64,000 nt of DNA from a virus. Taxonomy: Duplodnaviria > Caudoviricetes. The DNA is taken from IMG/VR virus record IMGVR_UViG_3300020045_001345, positions 1-64,000 of that record, one strand, 5' to 3'. The notes beneath the pieces were generated by a model. The model worked only from the letters and a program-made list of their open reading frames with translations. It was not told the origin of the DNA and did not search any database. Position numbers and translations under genes: made by a program. This document shows, in pieces, positions 17,669 through 27,773 of this stretch (position 1 is its first letter; every line of letters begins with the position of its first letter).

Positions 17669-18268
17669 ATGTCAACACAGATGAAAATTAATGTTCAGAA
17701 GAATACAGCAAACAAGATACTAGACAGCCTATTTGTAGTAGATCCTTTCTGCATTGTAGCAGGAGGTGCTCCGAGAGACTGGCACTTAGGGAAAGTTGCA
17801 ACTGACATTGACATATTTCTTTATATTAAAGAGAATATACAATTAGGAATTGTGAAGAAAATGCTAGAGAAGGTATTGCTCATAAAATTATCAGAAGCTA
17901 TGGAAGGGCATAATATACCGGATTGGTACAAGATGAACCCAAATCTTCGTTGTGTGTTCAATTTTAAGAGATGTGGTGTGAAAATTCAAATTATGGTTAT
18001 GAGGGAATCTACTTTTAAAAGTGTACTTCCAAATTTTCCTCTTAGTATTTGCCATGCTTGGTATAAGAACGAAGTTGTACACTTAGAAAAACATTTTATC
18101 AGATCCATTACACATAAAGCCATATACAAGACTTCAGTTATTTATAATGATGAGCACCAATATATTCAGAAAATCCTTGCCAAATTTCCAGATTTCACTT
18201 ATTATGAAAATTCTGTAGCTTTAGCAGAACACATATTAGATAATCAAGGAGAACCAAATGTTAAATAA
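17669..18268 (+). CDS. nucleotidyltransferase (CCA/poly(A) polymerase head-domain type)
   Basis: CIVAGGAPRDWHLGKVATDIDIF. Confidence 0.8.
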   Translation: MSTQMKINVQKNTANKILDSLFVVDPFCIVAGGAPRDWHLGKVATDIDIFLYIKENIQLGIVKKMLEKVLLIKLSEAMEGHNIPDWYKMNPNLRCVFNFKRCGVKIQIMVMRESTFKSVLPNFPLSICHAWYKNEVVHLEKHFIRSITHKAIYKTSVIYNDEHQYIQKILAKFPDFTYYENSVALAEHILDNQGEPNVK

Positions 18269-18473
18269 AATTAAGCAGCTTTTCACACTTTCCTACATAC
18301 TTACAGTTCATATGAAGTCTGGAAAGAGCATAACTTGCAAGTGTAAAAACTTTACAATTGGTAGGAAAGGAAATGAACTTATGAGTTATAATATTGAGCT
18401 TAGTAAAGACTACCCTGACTATATTTGTTTGTCAGAAGTAGAGGCTATTACATCCGTTAAGACGTATTTCTAA
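18258..18473 (+). CDS. hypothetical protein
   Basis: ORF track. Confidence 0.65.
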   Translation: MLNKIKQLFTLSYILTVHMKSGKSITCKCKNFTIGRKGNELMSYNIELSKDYPDYICLSEVEAITSVKTYF

Positions 18474-18487
18474 ATAAGGAGAACATA

Positions 18488-18880
18488 GTGACAACATATA
18501 TTAAATTTAACGTTAGTGTAGCACGAGAAAATATTGGTGGTGAATATGAGGATGACAGTTGGAGCAGAGATTCTTACATAGGAAGCTGCTCTATTTTGTC
18601 TGCTAAGATTGTCAAAGATGATGGTTATGACACACTTGCAGTTGCTGAGGATTTGAAAGCAGGAGCTATTATCTTCCTAGTATGGGCAGAATACACCACA
18701 GGAGATAGCTTTGGAAGTGATGGAGGGAACTATGAACTTCTTCAAGTGTTTACAGACGCTGACTCTGCTGTGGCAAGTAGAATGTTCTACGAGAATGATA
18801 CACGTAGTTATCACCCTTGGCAGGGATACTTTGAATCTCTTGATGGAATTTTTGTTGAAACTATGATACTAGGTGTATAA
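18488..18880 (+). CDS. hypothetical phage protein (start may be GTG)
   Basis: ORF track; EYTTGDSFG, PWQGYFESL. Confidence 0.7.
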   Translation: MTTYIKFNVSVARENIGGEYEDDSWSRDSYIGSCSILSAKIVKDDGYDTLAVAEDLKAGAIIFLVWAEYTTGDSFGSDGGNYELLQVFTDADSAVASRMFYENDTRSYHPWQGYFESLDGIFVETMILGV

Positions 18881-19201
18881 ATGACAAACGCTAAAAATGA
18901 ACTACTAGATCACATCAACAAACGAGTAATACTAGCAGCAACCATCTCTGATGGAGATTACGATGGTGGGTACAGAGATTATCCAACGTATTATGCAGAG
19001 TTAAAAGTTGGATACACACCAAACCAGTTTGCACAATTCATATTAGCATTAGATTTTGAGTATGATTCTGGGTATGGTTGTCAGGAGTTATACGGTACAA
19101 TTTGGTACTCTGATGGGACATGGAGCAGCCGTGGAGAGTATGATGGCAGTGAGTGGTGGGATTGGAATATACTACCAGATATTCCAGATAATTTGAAATA
19201 A
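18881..19201 (+). CDS. hypothetical phage protein (YDSGYGCQELYGTIW...RGEYDGSEWW)
   Basis: ORF track. Confidence 0.75.
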   Translation: MTNAKNELLDHINKRVILAATISDGDYDGGYRDYPTYYAELKVGYTPNQFAQFILALDFEYDSGYGCQELYGTIWYSDGTWSSRGEYDGSEWWDWNILPDIPDNLK

Positions 19202-19208
19202 GGAGATT

Positions 19209-19424
19209 ATGATGAAAGATGGATACAGAGTAATATATCCAAGAGGTGATAAGTCTAAACTCGCAGTAGCTTTTGTACTAGACTATGAGGAATCGGAATG
19301 GAAACTGGCATCTACGAAAATCTTTGATGAGTGCGCTGATTGTAAGACCTATGCAAAATCACTAGCTTTAAAATATAGTAAGGAGTATGATGGTGGTGAA
19401 GATGAGCAGGATTACTTAGAATAG
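19209..19424 (+). CDS. hypothetical protein
   Basis: ORF track; AAGGAG RBS. Confidence 0.65.
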   Translation: MMKDGYRVIYPRGDKSKLAVAFVLDYEESEWKLASTKIFDECADCKTYAKSLALKYSKEYDGGEDEQDYLE

Positions 19425-19682
19425 GAGACAGAATGGAACATCTAATATTACACACTATTACAGTATTACTTTTTACCCTTAACATAATAGTAGGAGTAAG
19501 CAATTATTTATCAAAGAGCTATGGTTTGGCAGCACTGAGTGCCTTTTCAACAGGTTTATTAATAGGAGGAATGTAATGAATTTTATAATGGCACTACTTT
19601 TAGCATTAAATATGTTTATAGCATTCCACTCCCACCAATGTAACCGTCATTTCTATACTGCACTGGCCTGTTTTACAATGGG

Positions 19683-19973
19683 TTGGATATTGAGAGGATT
19701 CCTATGAACATCATTTCAGCGCTACAGAGCCAGATAGCTCGTAATAAAAATGAATTATGTATCCTAAATGATGATATTAAGCTGTGGAGAAGTTTACTCC
19801 CAGTGCAGACTAGACACTTCTCGCAAGATCTTTACAAGAAAGTTCTACAACGCGATAGACAATTACTTAAGAAACTTGTAGCTATTCAGAAGGCTTTGAA
19901 GAAACAACTTGCTTTGCATATTGAGTTGACAATACACGGTAAACACATTCCTTATAAGCGATATTTAACATGA
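19683..19973 (+). CDS. hypothetical protein (start probably MNIISA)
   Basis: ORF track. Confidence 0.55.
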   Translation: MDIERIPMNIISALQSQIARNKNELCILNDDIKLWRSLLPVQTRHFSQDLYKKVLQRDRQLLKKLVAIQKALKKQLALHIELTIHGKHIPYKRYLT

Positions 19974-20138
19974 GTGTCATTGACAGAAGTAAGCTTGACA
20001 GAATTAGAAGTTACCTGTTAGTATGTCAGGAGTTTGACACGCCTATTATGGATGATGTAGAGTATCAGTATGAGAAGTTTAGAGATGCGTATGAGATACA
20101 TAATAGGTTTATTTTGAAGATTATTGAGGAGTGATAAA

Positions 20139-22211
20139 TTGAGTCATAAGTGGATATACGACATCGAGACTTTCCCTAACATATTCACTTTTAGTATTAT
20201 TCGAGAAGATGGTAAGTTTGCTCAAACATTTGAAGTGAGTTTTCGTAAGAATGAAATCGATCGTATTTTCACTTGTTTGGATTACTTAAATAACGAAGGC
20301 GACTATCTTGTAGGCTTTAACAATTTGGGATTTGACTATCCTATTATTCACAAATTGTTAGTTTTAAGAGATTCTAATAAAATTCCAGTAAATGGTTTGA
20401 CTATTGCTAAAAGAGTTTACAAATTTGCACAAGAACAAATTGAAAGCTTTAAAAGTCAATTTCCAAATACAGTAAGAGAATCTGAAAGATATGTAAAGCA
20501 AATTGATTTATTTAAAATTCATCACTTTGATAATAAAGCTAAAAGTACCAGCCTTAAAATGCTTGAGTTCAATATGCGAGAAAACAATATTGAGGACTTG
20601 CCCTATCCTGTTGGAATGGAATTAACAAGTGAACAATGTGATGTACTTATAAAATATAATGCCCATGATGTAAAGATGACTTTGGTATTTTATAATTACT
20701 CACTTCCGGCCATTAATTTCAGGGAACAATTAACTCATAAATATAATCGTGATTTTATGAATCATAATGATACTAAAATTGGTAAAGACTATTTTATTAT
20801 GAAGCTAGAAGAAGAGCGTGTTCCTGTTTATAAAAAGGTGGACGGTAAGAGGGTTATTAATCAAACTAAAAGACCTTTCATTAAAATTAAGGATTGTCTC
20901 TTTGATTATTATAATTTCAAACAACCTGCCTTCGTTGCCATGAAAGATTGGTTTGCTAAACAAACTATCAGAGAAACTAAGGGGGTCTTTACTGACATTG
21001 AAGAACATTTGTTAGGTGATGTTGCTAAATATGCTGAATTGATTGTAAGCAAGAAGAAATTTAAATTAGAACCAACTCGTGAAGAATATAATTTGTTCAA
21101 GAAAGAACATCCCATGGGGTGGGTTGACAAGGTTGAATTGAAATCTAAGAAGAAAGGTGAAATACAATATTCGTACTGGGGTTGCTGGAAAGTAGCTGAA
21201 ACTTTGAATGTTATTGTTGGTGGTTTTCGATTTGATTTTGGTGTCGGAGGTATTCATGGTAGTTTATCTAGTAAAATAGCTAGAAAAACTAAAACTTATG
21301 ACTTAATTGATGCTGACGTAGCTTCTATGTATCCCAATATTGCTATTTCAAACAATGTATATCCTGAACACTTGACACAGAAATTCTGTACAATTTACAA
21401 AGATGTATATGAACAACGCAAATCGTTTGACAAGAAAAGTGCTGAAAACGCTATGTTGAAATTGGCTCTAAATGGTGTTTATGGTGACTCAAATAATCAG
21501 TATAGTCCATTTTATGATCCAAAATATACAATGCAGATTACGATCAATGGGCAACTTAGTTTGTGTTTGCTTGCTGAACAACTCCTTGAAATAGAAGGGT
21601 TGAAAATAATTCAAGTGAACACCGATGGCATTACTGTTGCTTTACCAGTTGGAACCAGAAATGAATATAATTCAATATGTGAGAACTGGCAGAAACAAGT
21701 TGGTTTACAATTGGAATTTGCTGAATATAACAAAATGATAATCAGGGACGTAAATAATTATATTGCTCTTTACACAGATGGTAAAGCTAAGAACAAAGGA
21801 GCTTATGAATACAAAGATTTAGCTTGGCATAAAAACCAATCCTCTTTGGTAATTCCAATGGCTGCTGAAGCTCACATGTTAACAGGAATAGACCTTCGAG
21901 AATTCATTATGAACCATCCTGAAAAGTTTGATTTTATGTTGAGAACTAAAGTACCTCGTAGTAGTAGACTTGTTTTAGTTGGCGAAGATGGTGTAGATGT
22001 TCCTCAACAAAATATTTGTAGATATTATCCTTGCAAATCAGGTGGAAAGCTTGTTAAAATTATGCCACCATTAATTGAGGGTGGAGAAGAACGTAGATTA
22101 TCAATTGATTCAGCTTGGAACGTAAAAACTTGTAATGATATCAAAGATTTTATTGGTGATATTGATTATGATTATTTTGTTGCAGAAGCTGAGAAATTAG
22201 TTATTAATTAA
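20139..22211 (+). CDS. family-B DNA polymerase with 3'-5' exonuclease
   Basis: YDIET and GFNNLGFDYP exonuclease motifs; DVASMYP, KLALNGVYG, VNTDG polymerase motifs; GAGGAG RBS before TTG. Confidence 0.92.
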   Translation: MSHKWIYDIETFPNIFTFSIIREDGKFAQTFEVSFRKNEIDRIFTCLDYLNNEGDYLVGFNNLGFDYPIIHKLLVLRDSNKIPVNGLTIAKRVYKFAQEQIESFKSQFPNTVRESERYVKQIDLFKIHHFDNKAKSTSLKMLEFNMRENNIEDLPYPVGMELTSEQCDVLIKYNAHDVKMTLVFYNYSLPAINFREQLTHKYNRDFMNHNDTKIGKDYFIMKLEEERVPVYKKVDGKRVINQTKRPFIKIKDCLFDYYNFKQPAFVAMKDWFAKQTIRETKGVFTDIEEHLLGDVAKYAELIVSKKKFKLEPTREEYNLFKKEHPMGWVDKVELKSKKKGEIQYSYWGCWKVAETLNVIVGGFRFDFGVGGIHGSLSSKIARKTKTYDLIDADVASMYPNIAISNNVYPEHLTQKFCTIYKDVYEQRKSFDKKSAENAMLKLALNGVYGDSNNQYSPFYDPKYTMQITINGQLSLCLLAEQLLEIEGLKIIQVNTDGITVALPVGTRNEYNSICENWQKQVGLQLEFAEYNKMIIRDVNNYIALYTDGKAKNKGAYEYKDLAWHKNQSSLVIPMAAEAHMLTGIDLREFIMNHPEKFDFMLRTKVPRSSRLVLVGEDGVDVPQQNICRYYPCKSGGKLVKIMPPLIEGGEERRLSIDSAWNVKTCNDIKDFIGDIDYDYFVAEAEKLVIN

Positions 22212-22406
22212 AGGAGAAATAATGCCAAACATGAGTTCAGAACAACTAGAGCTATTAAAAGTAGCTTCTACAAAAGTCTTTCAGTTAGCTGGAGGAGATG
22301 CTTCTATGCTATTACATAAAGCAATTCCTCTACTTGAAACGGTGTCACGTATTGGTATTGAAGTTAAATACATATTACACCCTAGTATTAATTAAGGAGA
22401 AATAAT

Positions 22407-22943
22407 ATGATTATAGGTTTAGCTGGAAAAGCTGGTTGTGGTAAAACAACCGTTGCAAAATACTTAGTAGCCAAACACGGCTTCACTGAGGTTAGCTTCG
22501 CAACAATCCTCAAAAACATGCTTGTCACAATGGGCTTCCCAGAGCCTTCCAATCGTGACGACAAAGAAAAGCTGATAGAAGGCTTTGACTTCTCTTGGCG
22601 GCATGCTGCCCAGTGCTTAGGTACTGAATATGGCAGGAATTGTCTTGACAAGGACATCTGGGTAAAGCTTACAATGAAAGATTTAGACCCTACTAAGAAC
22701 TATGTGTTCAGTGATGTTAGATTCACGAACGAGAGTGCTGCCATAGAACAAGCAGGAGGCTCTTTGCTCTTAATAGAAGGTCGTAAAGTAGATTTAGGAG
22801 AAGCCTCTACACATGCTTCAGAGAATAGCCTTGACCTGAACTATGTAGATGCTGTGATTGAAAATACTGGCACAATTGAACATTTACACGAATGTGTGGA
22901 AGAGTTTCTAAAGTTTGTTGACAACACCGATCAAATAGATTAA
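22407..22943 (+). CDS. deoxynucleoside monophosphate kinase
   Basis: IIGLAGKAGCGKTT, SFATILK, AQCLGTEYGR, SDVRFTNE, HASE. Confidence 0.9.
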   Translation: MIIGLAGKAGCGKTTVAKYLVAKHGFTEVSFATILKNMLVTMGFPEPSNRDDKEKLIEGFDFSWRHAAQCLGTEYGRNCLDKDIWVKLTMKDLDPTKNYVFSDVRFTNESAAIEQAGGSLLLIEGRKVDLGEASTHASENSLDLNYVDAVIENTGTIEHLHECVEEFLKFVDNTDQID

Positions 22944-22946
22944 TAT
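22918..22946 (+). promoter_or_regulatory. sigma70-like promoter
   Basis: TTGACA-17-TAATAT. Confidence 0.55.
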
Positions 22947-22975
22947 ACAACCTTCAATAAACAAAGGAGAACTAA

Positions 22976-23239
22976 ATGAAACTATCTGTAGAAACAAAAA
23001 CTATTAAAACACCATCACTAACACTCACAGGTCGAGAAGCAGAGATACTTGTAATACTTGGAAACTCACGTGTAATTGCTGACATTGTATTTAATAGTAA
23101 TATTGCTGAAACACTAGAAAGTTATGGACTCACACAGCAGGAACTTTATAAATTATTAATTGACTTACCTAGTATTTCTGAATTTAATGTCAAAACTAAT
23201 GGAAAAATTGTTAGTAAATATAATCAATATGACAACTAA
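22976..23239 (+). CDS. hypothetical protein
   Basis: ORF track; AAGGAG RBS. Confidence 0.65.
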   Translation: MKLSVETKTIKTPSLTLTGREAEILVILGNSRVIADIVFNSNIAETLESYGLTQQELYKLLIDLPSISEFNVKTNGKIVSKYNQYDN

Positions 23240-23254
23240 TGGTGGGGGAACTAA

Positions 23255-23485
23255 ATGCACTGCAAAGACTGTAACCACTGGAAACCTTACCTAGAATTCT
23301 TTTACCTAGCTAAGCCAAATAACTCTGCTGAACAATCAGGAGGCATGTGCACAAACCAACTTATTGATGAAGATTGTGGTAGTGAGTACAACTACTTAGA
23401 AAACTCACTCACCTACCCTTACCAAGAAGGTGGATATTTCTGGACAGGTGCTAAATTTGGTTGTGTTAATTTTGAGGAGAAATAA
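23255..23485 (+). CDS. hypothetical Cys-rich protein (CKDCNHW...FGC)
   Basis: ORF track. Confidence 0.65.
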   Translation: MHCKDCNHWKPYLEFFYLAKPNNSAEQSGGMCTNQLIDEDCGSEYNYLENSLTYPYQEGGYFWTGAKFGCVNFEEK

Positions 23486-23695
23486 ATGGAAATTTCAGAT
23501 AAAACACAAAAGTTTCTAACGTCAGAGTACGGCTATGATTATTCGATAGACGACTACTTCCAAGACTTAGTAGATGAGCACAGTATTAGTTACGAGACAG
23601 TGGAACATCTAGCAGAGCTTCTAGGTGAGGAAGAACTCTTTGATGGACTTATTGTAGCTTGTGAAGATGCTTCAATTCGCACAGAAGGATTTTAA
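23486..23695 (+). CDS. hypothetical acidic phage protein (LGEEELFDGL)
   Basis: ORF track. Confidence 0.7.
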   Translation: MEISDKTQKFLTSEYGYDYSIDDYFQDLVDEHSISYETVEHLAELLGEEELFDGLIVACEDASIRTEGF

Positions 23696-23827
23696 AATGT
23701 CAGCACAATTCACTGAGGGATGGAATGACTACTACAGAAGTGGAGACTACCAGAACCCTTATGAGCCATACTCTACGTCTTATGAAGCGTATGACGAAGG
23801 ATTTGAAGCAGCTAGAGAGGATGACGC

Positions 23828-24100
23828 ATGACTGAAACACCTGAAATGTATTTATTCGTATTCCTAGCATCTCTTTGCGCTGTGTTCCTAAAGACATTTC
23901 AGCAATTCTCAGTAGCTAAGAAGAAGTACTTATGGATAACACCCGTATCTGTTCTAATGTGTATATTGGAAGTGTTCATAGTTGGTATGTATGTTAAGAA
24001 TGGATTGTCATTGATTATTATCATTGCTGGTATTGGGTCTGGAGTCGGATCTATGATAGGAATTTATGCTCATAGTAAGATTGAGGAATTAACTAAATGA
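23828..24100 (+). CDS. small multi-TM membrane protein
   Basis: Three hydrophobic segments; GIGSGVGSMIG. Confidence 0.7.
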   Translation: MTETPEMYLFVFLASLCAVFLKTFQQFSVAKKKYLWITPVSVLMCILEVFIVGMYVKNGLSLIIIIAGIGSGVGSMIGIYAHSKIEELTK

Positions 24101-24543
24101 AAGCCCACAGCCTACACACAACCACAACCTTCCGTGTACCTAAGAAGCCTCCCAAAACTGAAATAGAGAAGTGGAGAGTTCTCAAGGAAACTGTTATGGC
24201 TCTGGTTGTTGCTAACCCTCCTAAGCTTGGTGGCTCACTAGCAAGGAAGCAGCATAATAACCAGCTCTCTGTGCGCTTCAAAGATAGGAAAGGAGTTCCT
24301 AAATGGTATCCCTTCCAGAAATGGGGTAAAGGAGCTGAGTGGGATGTCACTACTAATCATTGTGAAATTATACTTCTTAGGATGTATGAGCAAAGGCTTG
24401 CAGAGCACACTCCAAATATGTTATACCTTGCTAGGAGGGCTTCTTTGGAACAGATAAGAGACCTTGAAAAAGGTGTTGACATTGAGAAGAAGTTTGGTAT
24501 AATAGATGTATTAGAAATTAATGAAGGAGAAGATGAAGAGTGA
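24097..24543 (+). CDS. hypothetical basic protein
   Basis: ORF track. Confidence 0.7.
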   Translation: MKAHSLHTTTTFRVPKKPPKTEIEKWRVLKETVMALVVANPPKLGGSLARKQHNNQLSVRFKDRKGVPKWYPFQKWGKGAEWDVTTNHCEIILLRMYEQRLAEHTPNMLYLARRASLEQIRDLEKGVDIEKKFGIIDVLEINEGEDEE

Positions 24544-24553
24544 TTTAAAAGTG

Positions 24554-24582
24554 TTGACAAGCTCTTTAATATTTGTTACAAT
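24554..24582 (+). promoter_or_regulatory. sigma70 promoter
   Basis: TTGACA-17-TACAAT. Confidence 0.75.
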
Positions 24583-24627
24583 AGTGGTTGTGTTAGTTTA
24601 TTTAATTATCAATATTTAGGAGAATCT

Positions 24628-24918
24628 ATGAAATTTGCTATATTTGTGTTTAGCTGTGTTAATGTGTTTCTGCAAGCATTTTCAATCCAGTTGCTGTGGA
24701 ATACTTGGTTGTTGCCAACGTTTCCAATTACGTTTGCTCAAGCTATTTTAGTCCCTGTGGTTTATAGTTTAGCCACCTTTAAAATGGCAGATATGGTTAA
24801 AAATAATGCAGCTATGAAGGGCTATACTGACGAGGACGTGCTGACATTCTCAGTAGCATTTGCACTGGCATATGGAGTTGCTATCGGAGTGTTTTATGCT
24901 GTAAAAGCTTTTATGTAA
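24628..24918 (+). CDS. membrane protein
   Basis: Hydrophobic; LLWNTWL. Confidence 0.7.
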   Translation: MKFAIFVFSCVNVFLQAFSIQLLWNTWLLPTFPITFAQAILVPVVYSLATFKMADMVKNNAAMKGYTDEDVLTFSVAFALAYGVAIGVFYAVKAFM

Positions 24919-25007
24919 AAGAATATGTGGCAGCTTCTTTAAGCTGTAGCTGGCATAGCAGCTTTAGCAAATGCACTATGCACTAATATATTAAAGGAGA
25001 AGTATAA

Positions 25008-25655
25008 ATGGCAACAATTGATAATGTTTATTTCGCATATTGCAAAATCCAGTCACCAGTAGCAGCAATCAAAAAAGAGAATACAGAAGTATCTGTAAAC
25101 TGTATTGTATCAGAAGATGATGCTGACACATGGGCTGAGAACTGTCCTAACAACCCTGTAAAGTCTTACAAAAATGCAGCGTTTGAAGAGAAGTTCAAAA
25201 TGAAACCTCCTTTTGAAGATCAGAAAAAACAGTTTGTGTTATCTGTTAAGAAAATGATTAGTAAAAATGGTGTGGATTTGCCAGAGAAGTTCCGCCCGCG
25301 TGTGTTTGAAGTAATTGATGGAGAAAATGTAGATATTACATTCCAAAAATTGGTGGCTAACGGAAGTCGTGGTAAACTCTCTTACAGTACTTATTCAGCC
25401 CCAACACCAGAAGGTACTAAGATTAACGCACAGCTTGTGGCTATTCTGGTAGAAGATATGATTGAGTATGTTCCTTCAGAGGGTGAAGGTGGTGACGGAG
25501 AGACTTCTGAAACTCCTGCTAATGCTTTTGGTAAGGTTGCTTTGGCAAGTGCTCCTAAGAATCAGGCAGCAGTTGTTAAGCAGACCGATGTGAAGCCTGT
25601 TAAGAAGGTTGCTAAAGTTGTACTGGAAGACGAATCAGAAGATTCTCCATTTTGA
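25008..25655 (+). CDS. single-stranded DNA-binding protein (T7 gp2.5-like)
   Basis: LVANGSRGKLSY; acidic tail ending EDESEDSPF; position in the replication module. Confidence 0.7.
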   Translation: MATIDNVYFAYCKIQSPVAAIKKENTEVSVNCIVSEDDADTWAENCPNNPVKSYKNAAFEEKFKMKPPFEDQKKQFVLSVKKMISKNGVDLPEKFRPRVFEVIDGENVDITFQKLVANGSRGKLSYSTYSAPTPEGTKINAQLVAILVEDMIEYVPSEGEGGDGETSETPANAFGKVALASAPKNQAAVVKQTDVKPVKKVAKVVLEDESEDSPF

Positions 25656-25673
25656 TGTAAATAATTAGCACAA

Positions 25674-25709
25674 GCCCTATGCCAGTTTTGGTGTAGGGCA
25701 TTTTATTTT
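25674..25709 (+). terminator. intrinsic terminator
   Basis: GCCCTATGCCA-GTTT-TGGTGTAGGGC followed by ATTTTATTTT. Confidence 0.75.
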
Positions 25710-25719
25710 GAGGAGAGTT

Positions 25720-26529
25720 ATGAAACACATCGTATGTTATTCAGGTGGACATTCAAGTGCCTTGGTAGCTATAGAGGTTGTCCGTAGATTCGGAAAGGAT
25801 AACGTTATTCTACTAAACCACGATATTAAAGAGTCTAGTGAGGGTGCTGACATAAAGAGATTCAAACAAGAGGTTGCACAATACTTAGAACTCAGTATCA
25901 CATATGCTAACCACTTGCAATGGGACGAGAAAGATCAGTTTGATGTCTGCATAGATGCTAAAGCTTTTAAGGTTGGCAGTGGAACTGCCCTTTGTACAAA
26001 TAGACTAAAAACTCAACCTTTCGAGAAATACCTAAAAGAACATCACCAAGAGAAAGATTGTATAATTTATTACGGGTTTGATAAGAATGAGGGTGCTCGT
26101 ATCCAGCGCAGGATTGGACATTTAGGAGGTCTTGGATTTAAAACAGATTACCCATTAGCATTGTGGGATGTTAGAACTATAACCAGTACGAAACAAATCG
26201 GTATTGACCCACCTAATACTTACGAGGATTTCAAACATGCTAATTGCGTAGGCTGTTTGAAAGCTGGACAACAACACTGGTATATTGTGTACATGAAGCG
26301 AAAAGATATTTGGGAGAAAGCTAAGAAAACTGAAGAGATAATTGATTATACAATAATGAAAAAAGATTCGCTAGAAGGGTTTGAACCTTTCTTTGAGAAG
26401 ATGTACAGCATGGGAATAACTACAACTGAGCATGAAAATCCAATGACCTTCTTTGCCAGAGTTAAAAAGATATTCAAAGAATTTGAGGCAGACGAAGAAG
26501 ATGTAAAACCTTGTGAATGTGTATTTTAA
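25720..26529 (+). CDS. PAPS reductase-family (PP-loop) protein with Cys clusters
   Basis: IVCYSGGHSSA, CTNRLK, YYGFD, HANCVGCLKAG, C-terminal CEC. Confidence 0.82.
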   Translation: MKHIVCYSGGHSSALVAIEVVRRFGKDNVILLNHDIKESSEGADIKRFKQEVAQYLELSITYANHLQWDEKDQFDVCIDAKAFKVGSGTALCTNRLKTQPFEKYLKEHHQEKDCIIYYGFDKNEGARIQRRIGHLGGLGFKTDYPLALWDVRTITSTKQIGIDPPNTYEDFKHANCVGCLKAGQQHWYIVYMKRKDIWEKAKKTEEIIDYTIMKKDSLEGFEPFFEKMYSMGITTTEHENPMTFFARVKKIFKEFEADEEDVKPCECVF

Positions 26530-26538
26530 GGAGTCGAG

Positions 26539-26724
26539 ATGGTGATAAATAAAGTTGATAAATTTACTTGGCATAGAGTGTTCGTACTCTTCCCGAAAGA
26601 CACAGTTGATAATGAATTAGTATTCATGCAGAAAGTTTATCGTAGGTGGAATGTAGAGCTTGGTGGTTTTTGTGACTCTTCTGGTTACTCTGGTTCGGAT
26701 GGTGGTTGGGAGTATAAGTTATGA
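26539..26724 (+). CDS. hypothetical protein
   Basis: ORF track. Confidence 0.55.
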   Translation: MVINKVDKFTWHRVFVLFPKDTVDNELVFMQKVYRRWNVELGGFCDSSGYSGSDGGWEYKL

Positions 26725-27740
26725 GTTACTTAATAATAGACGCAGATTATCTCGCCTACACTGTGGCTTCTGTATTCCAAGAAACTTACATTCTAGCCAC
26801 ACACCCAGAACTGAAAGAACCTATTAGAGTTAAAAACAAGACAGAGCTTTGGGGAGAGTGGCGCAAGAAGAAAGGTGGTTGGATTGCTGAATACAATTCA
26901 AGGTTCTTTGCAAACTTAAAGCCAGAGGATTTCACATTAGTAGAGTATCAAGAACCACTGTGTATTAAAGCGGCTAAGAAGTCCCTAGACACCCGCTTAC
27001 AAGGTTTGTTAGAAGAAACTGGTGCGAGTAGCTATAAAGGATTTGTAGGTCGTGGGGATACATTTAGAAGCTCTCTAGCTACCTTGTTAGAGTATAAAGG
27101 AAACAGATCAGCATCAAGACCTGTGCACTTGACAGAACTAAAACAATACCTTGTAGATAAACATAAATGTCGATGGGTTGAGGAAGTAGAGACAGATGAT
27201 GCTGTAACAAGTAGTGGGTTTGCAGCATATAAGAAGTGGAAAGAGTCTGGCAAAGAGTCTGATAAGGGGATTATCGTGTTTGCTGATAAGGATCTAGTAC
27301 AGACAGACTCGTGGCAGTATCATGTTGGACAAAACAGTAAGCCAGAGCTTCGTGTTGGGCTTGGAAGTATTTATCGAGATGACAGTGGTAAGGTGAGGGG
27401 GTTTGGGAGGAAACATTTTTATTGGCAGGTTATGACATCGGATCTCAGTGATAATTTTTCAGCTTCCTGTTTCTCTGATATTAAGTGGGGGGATATCAAA
27501 GGCTTTGATTTATTGGTTGAGTGTAAAACTGATAAAGAGTGTTTAGAAGCTCTTGTGAAAGGTTTCAAATACCTCTATCCAGAGCCTAAAACAATTGTTG
27601 GGTGGAGGGGTGATAGCATTAATATTGATTGGCTGTATGTGTTGACAGAATGCTTCAATTTGGCTAAGATGCTACGTACATTAGATGAACAGCCAACAAA
27701 CGTAAAAGAAACTCTTGACAAACTAAAGATTGCCTACTAA
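26721..27740 (+). CDS. 5'-3' exonuclease (T7 gp6 / PIN-like)
   Basis: LIIDADYLAY, YKGNR, ETDD, DKDL. Confidence 0.88.
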   Translation: MSYLIIDADYLAYTVASVFQETYILATHPELKEPIRVKNKTELWGEWRKKKGGWIAEYNSRFFANLKPEDFTLVEYQEPLCIKAAKKSLDTRLQGLLEETGASSYKGFVGRGDTFRSSLATLLEYKGNRSASRPVHLTELKQYLVDKHKCRWVEEVETDDAVTSSGFAAYKKWKESGKESDKGIIVFADKDLVQTDSWQYHVGQNSKPELRVGLGSIYRDDSGKVRGFGRKHFYWQVMTSDLSDNFSASCFSDIKWGDIKGFDLLVECKTDKECLEALVKGFKYLYPEPKTIVGWRGDSINIDWLYVLTECFNLAKMLRTLDEQPTNVKETLDKLKIAY

Positions 27741-27743
27741 ACT
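27715..27743 (+). promoter_or_regulatory. sigma70-like promoter
   Basis: TTGACA-17-TAAACT. Confidence 0.55.
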
Positions 27744-27773
27744 ACTCACAACATAACAAAAGGAGAACTAAAA

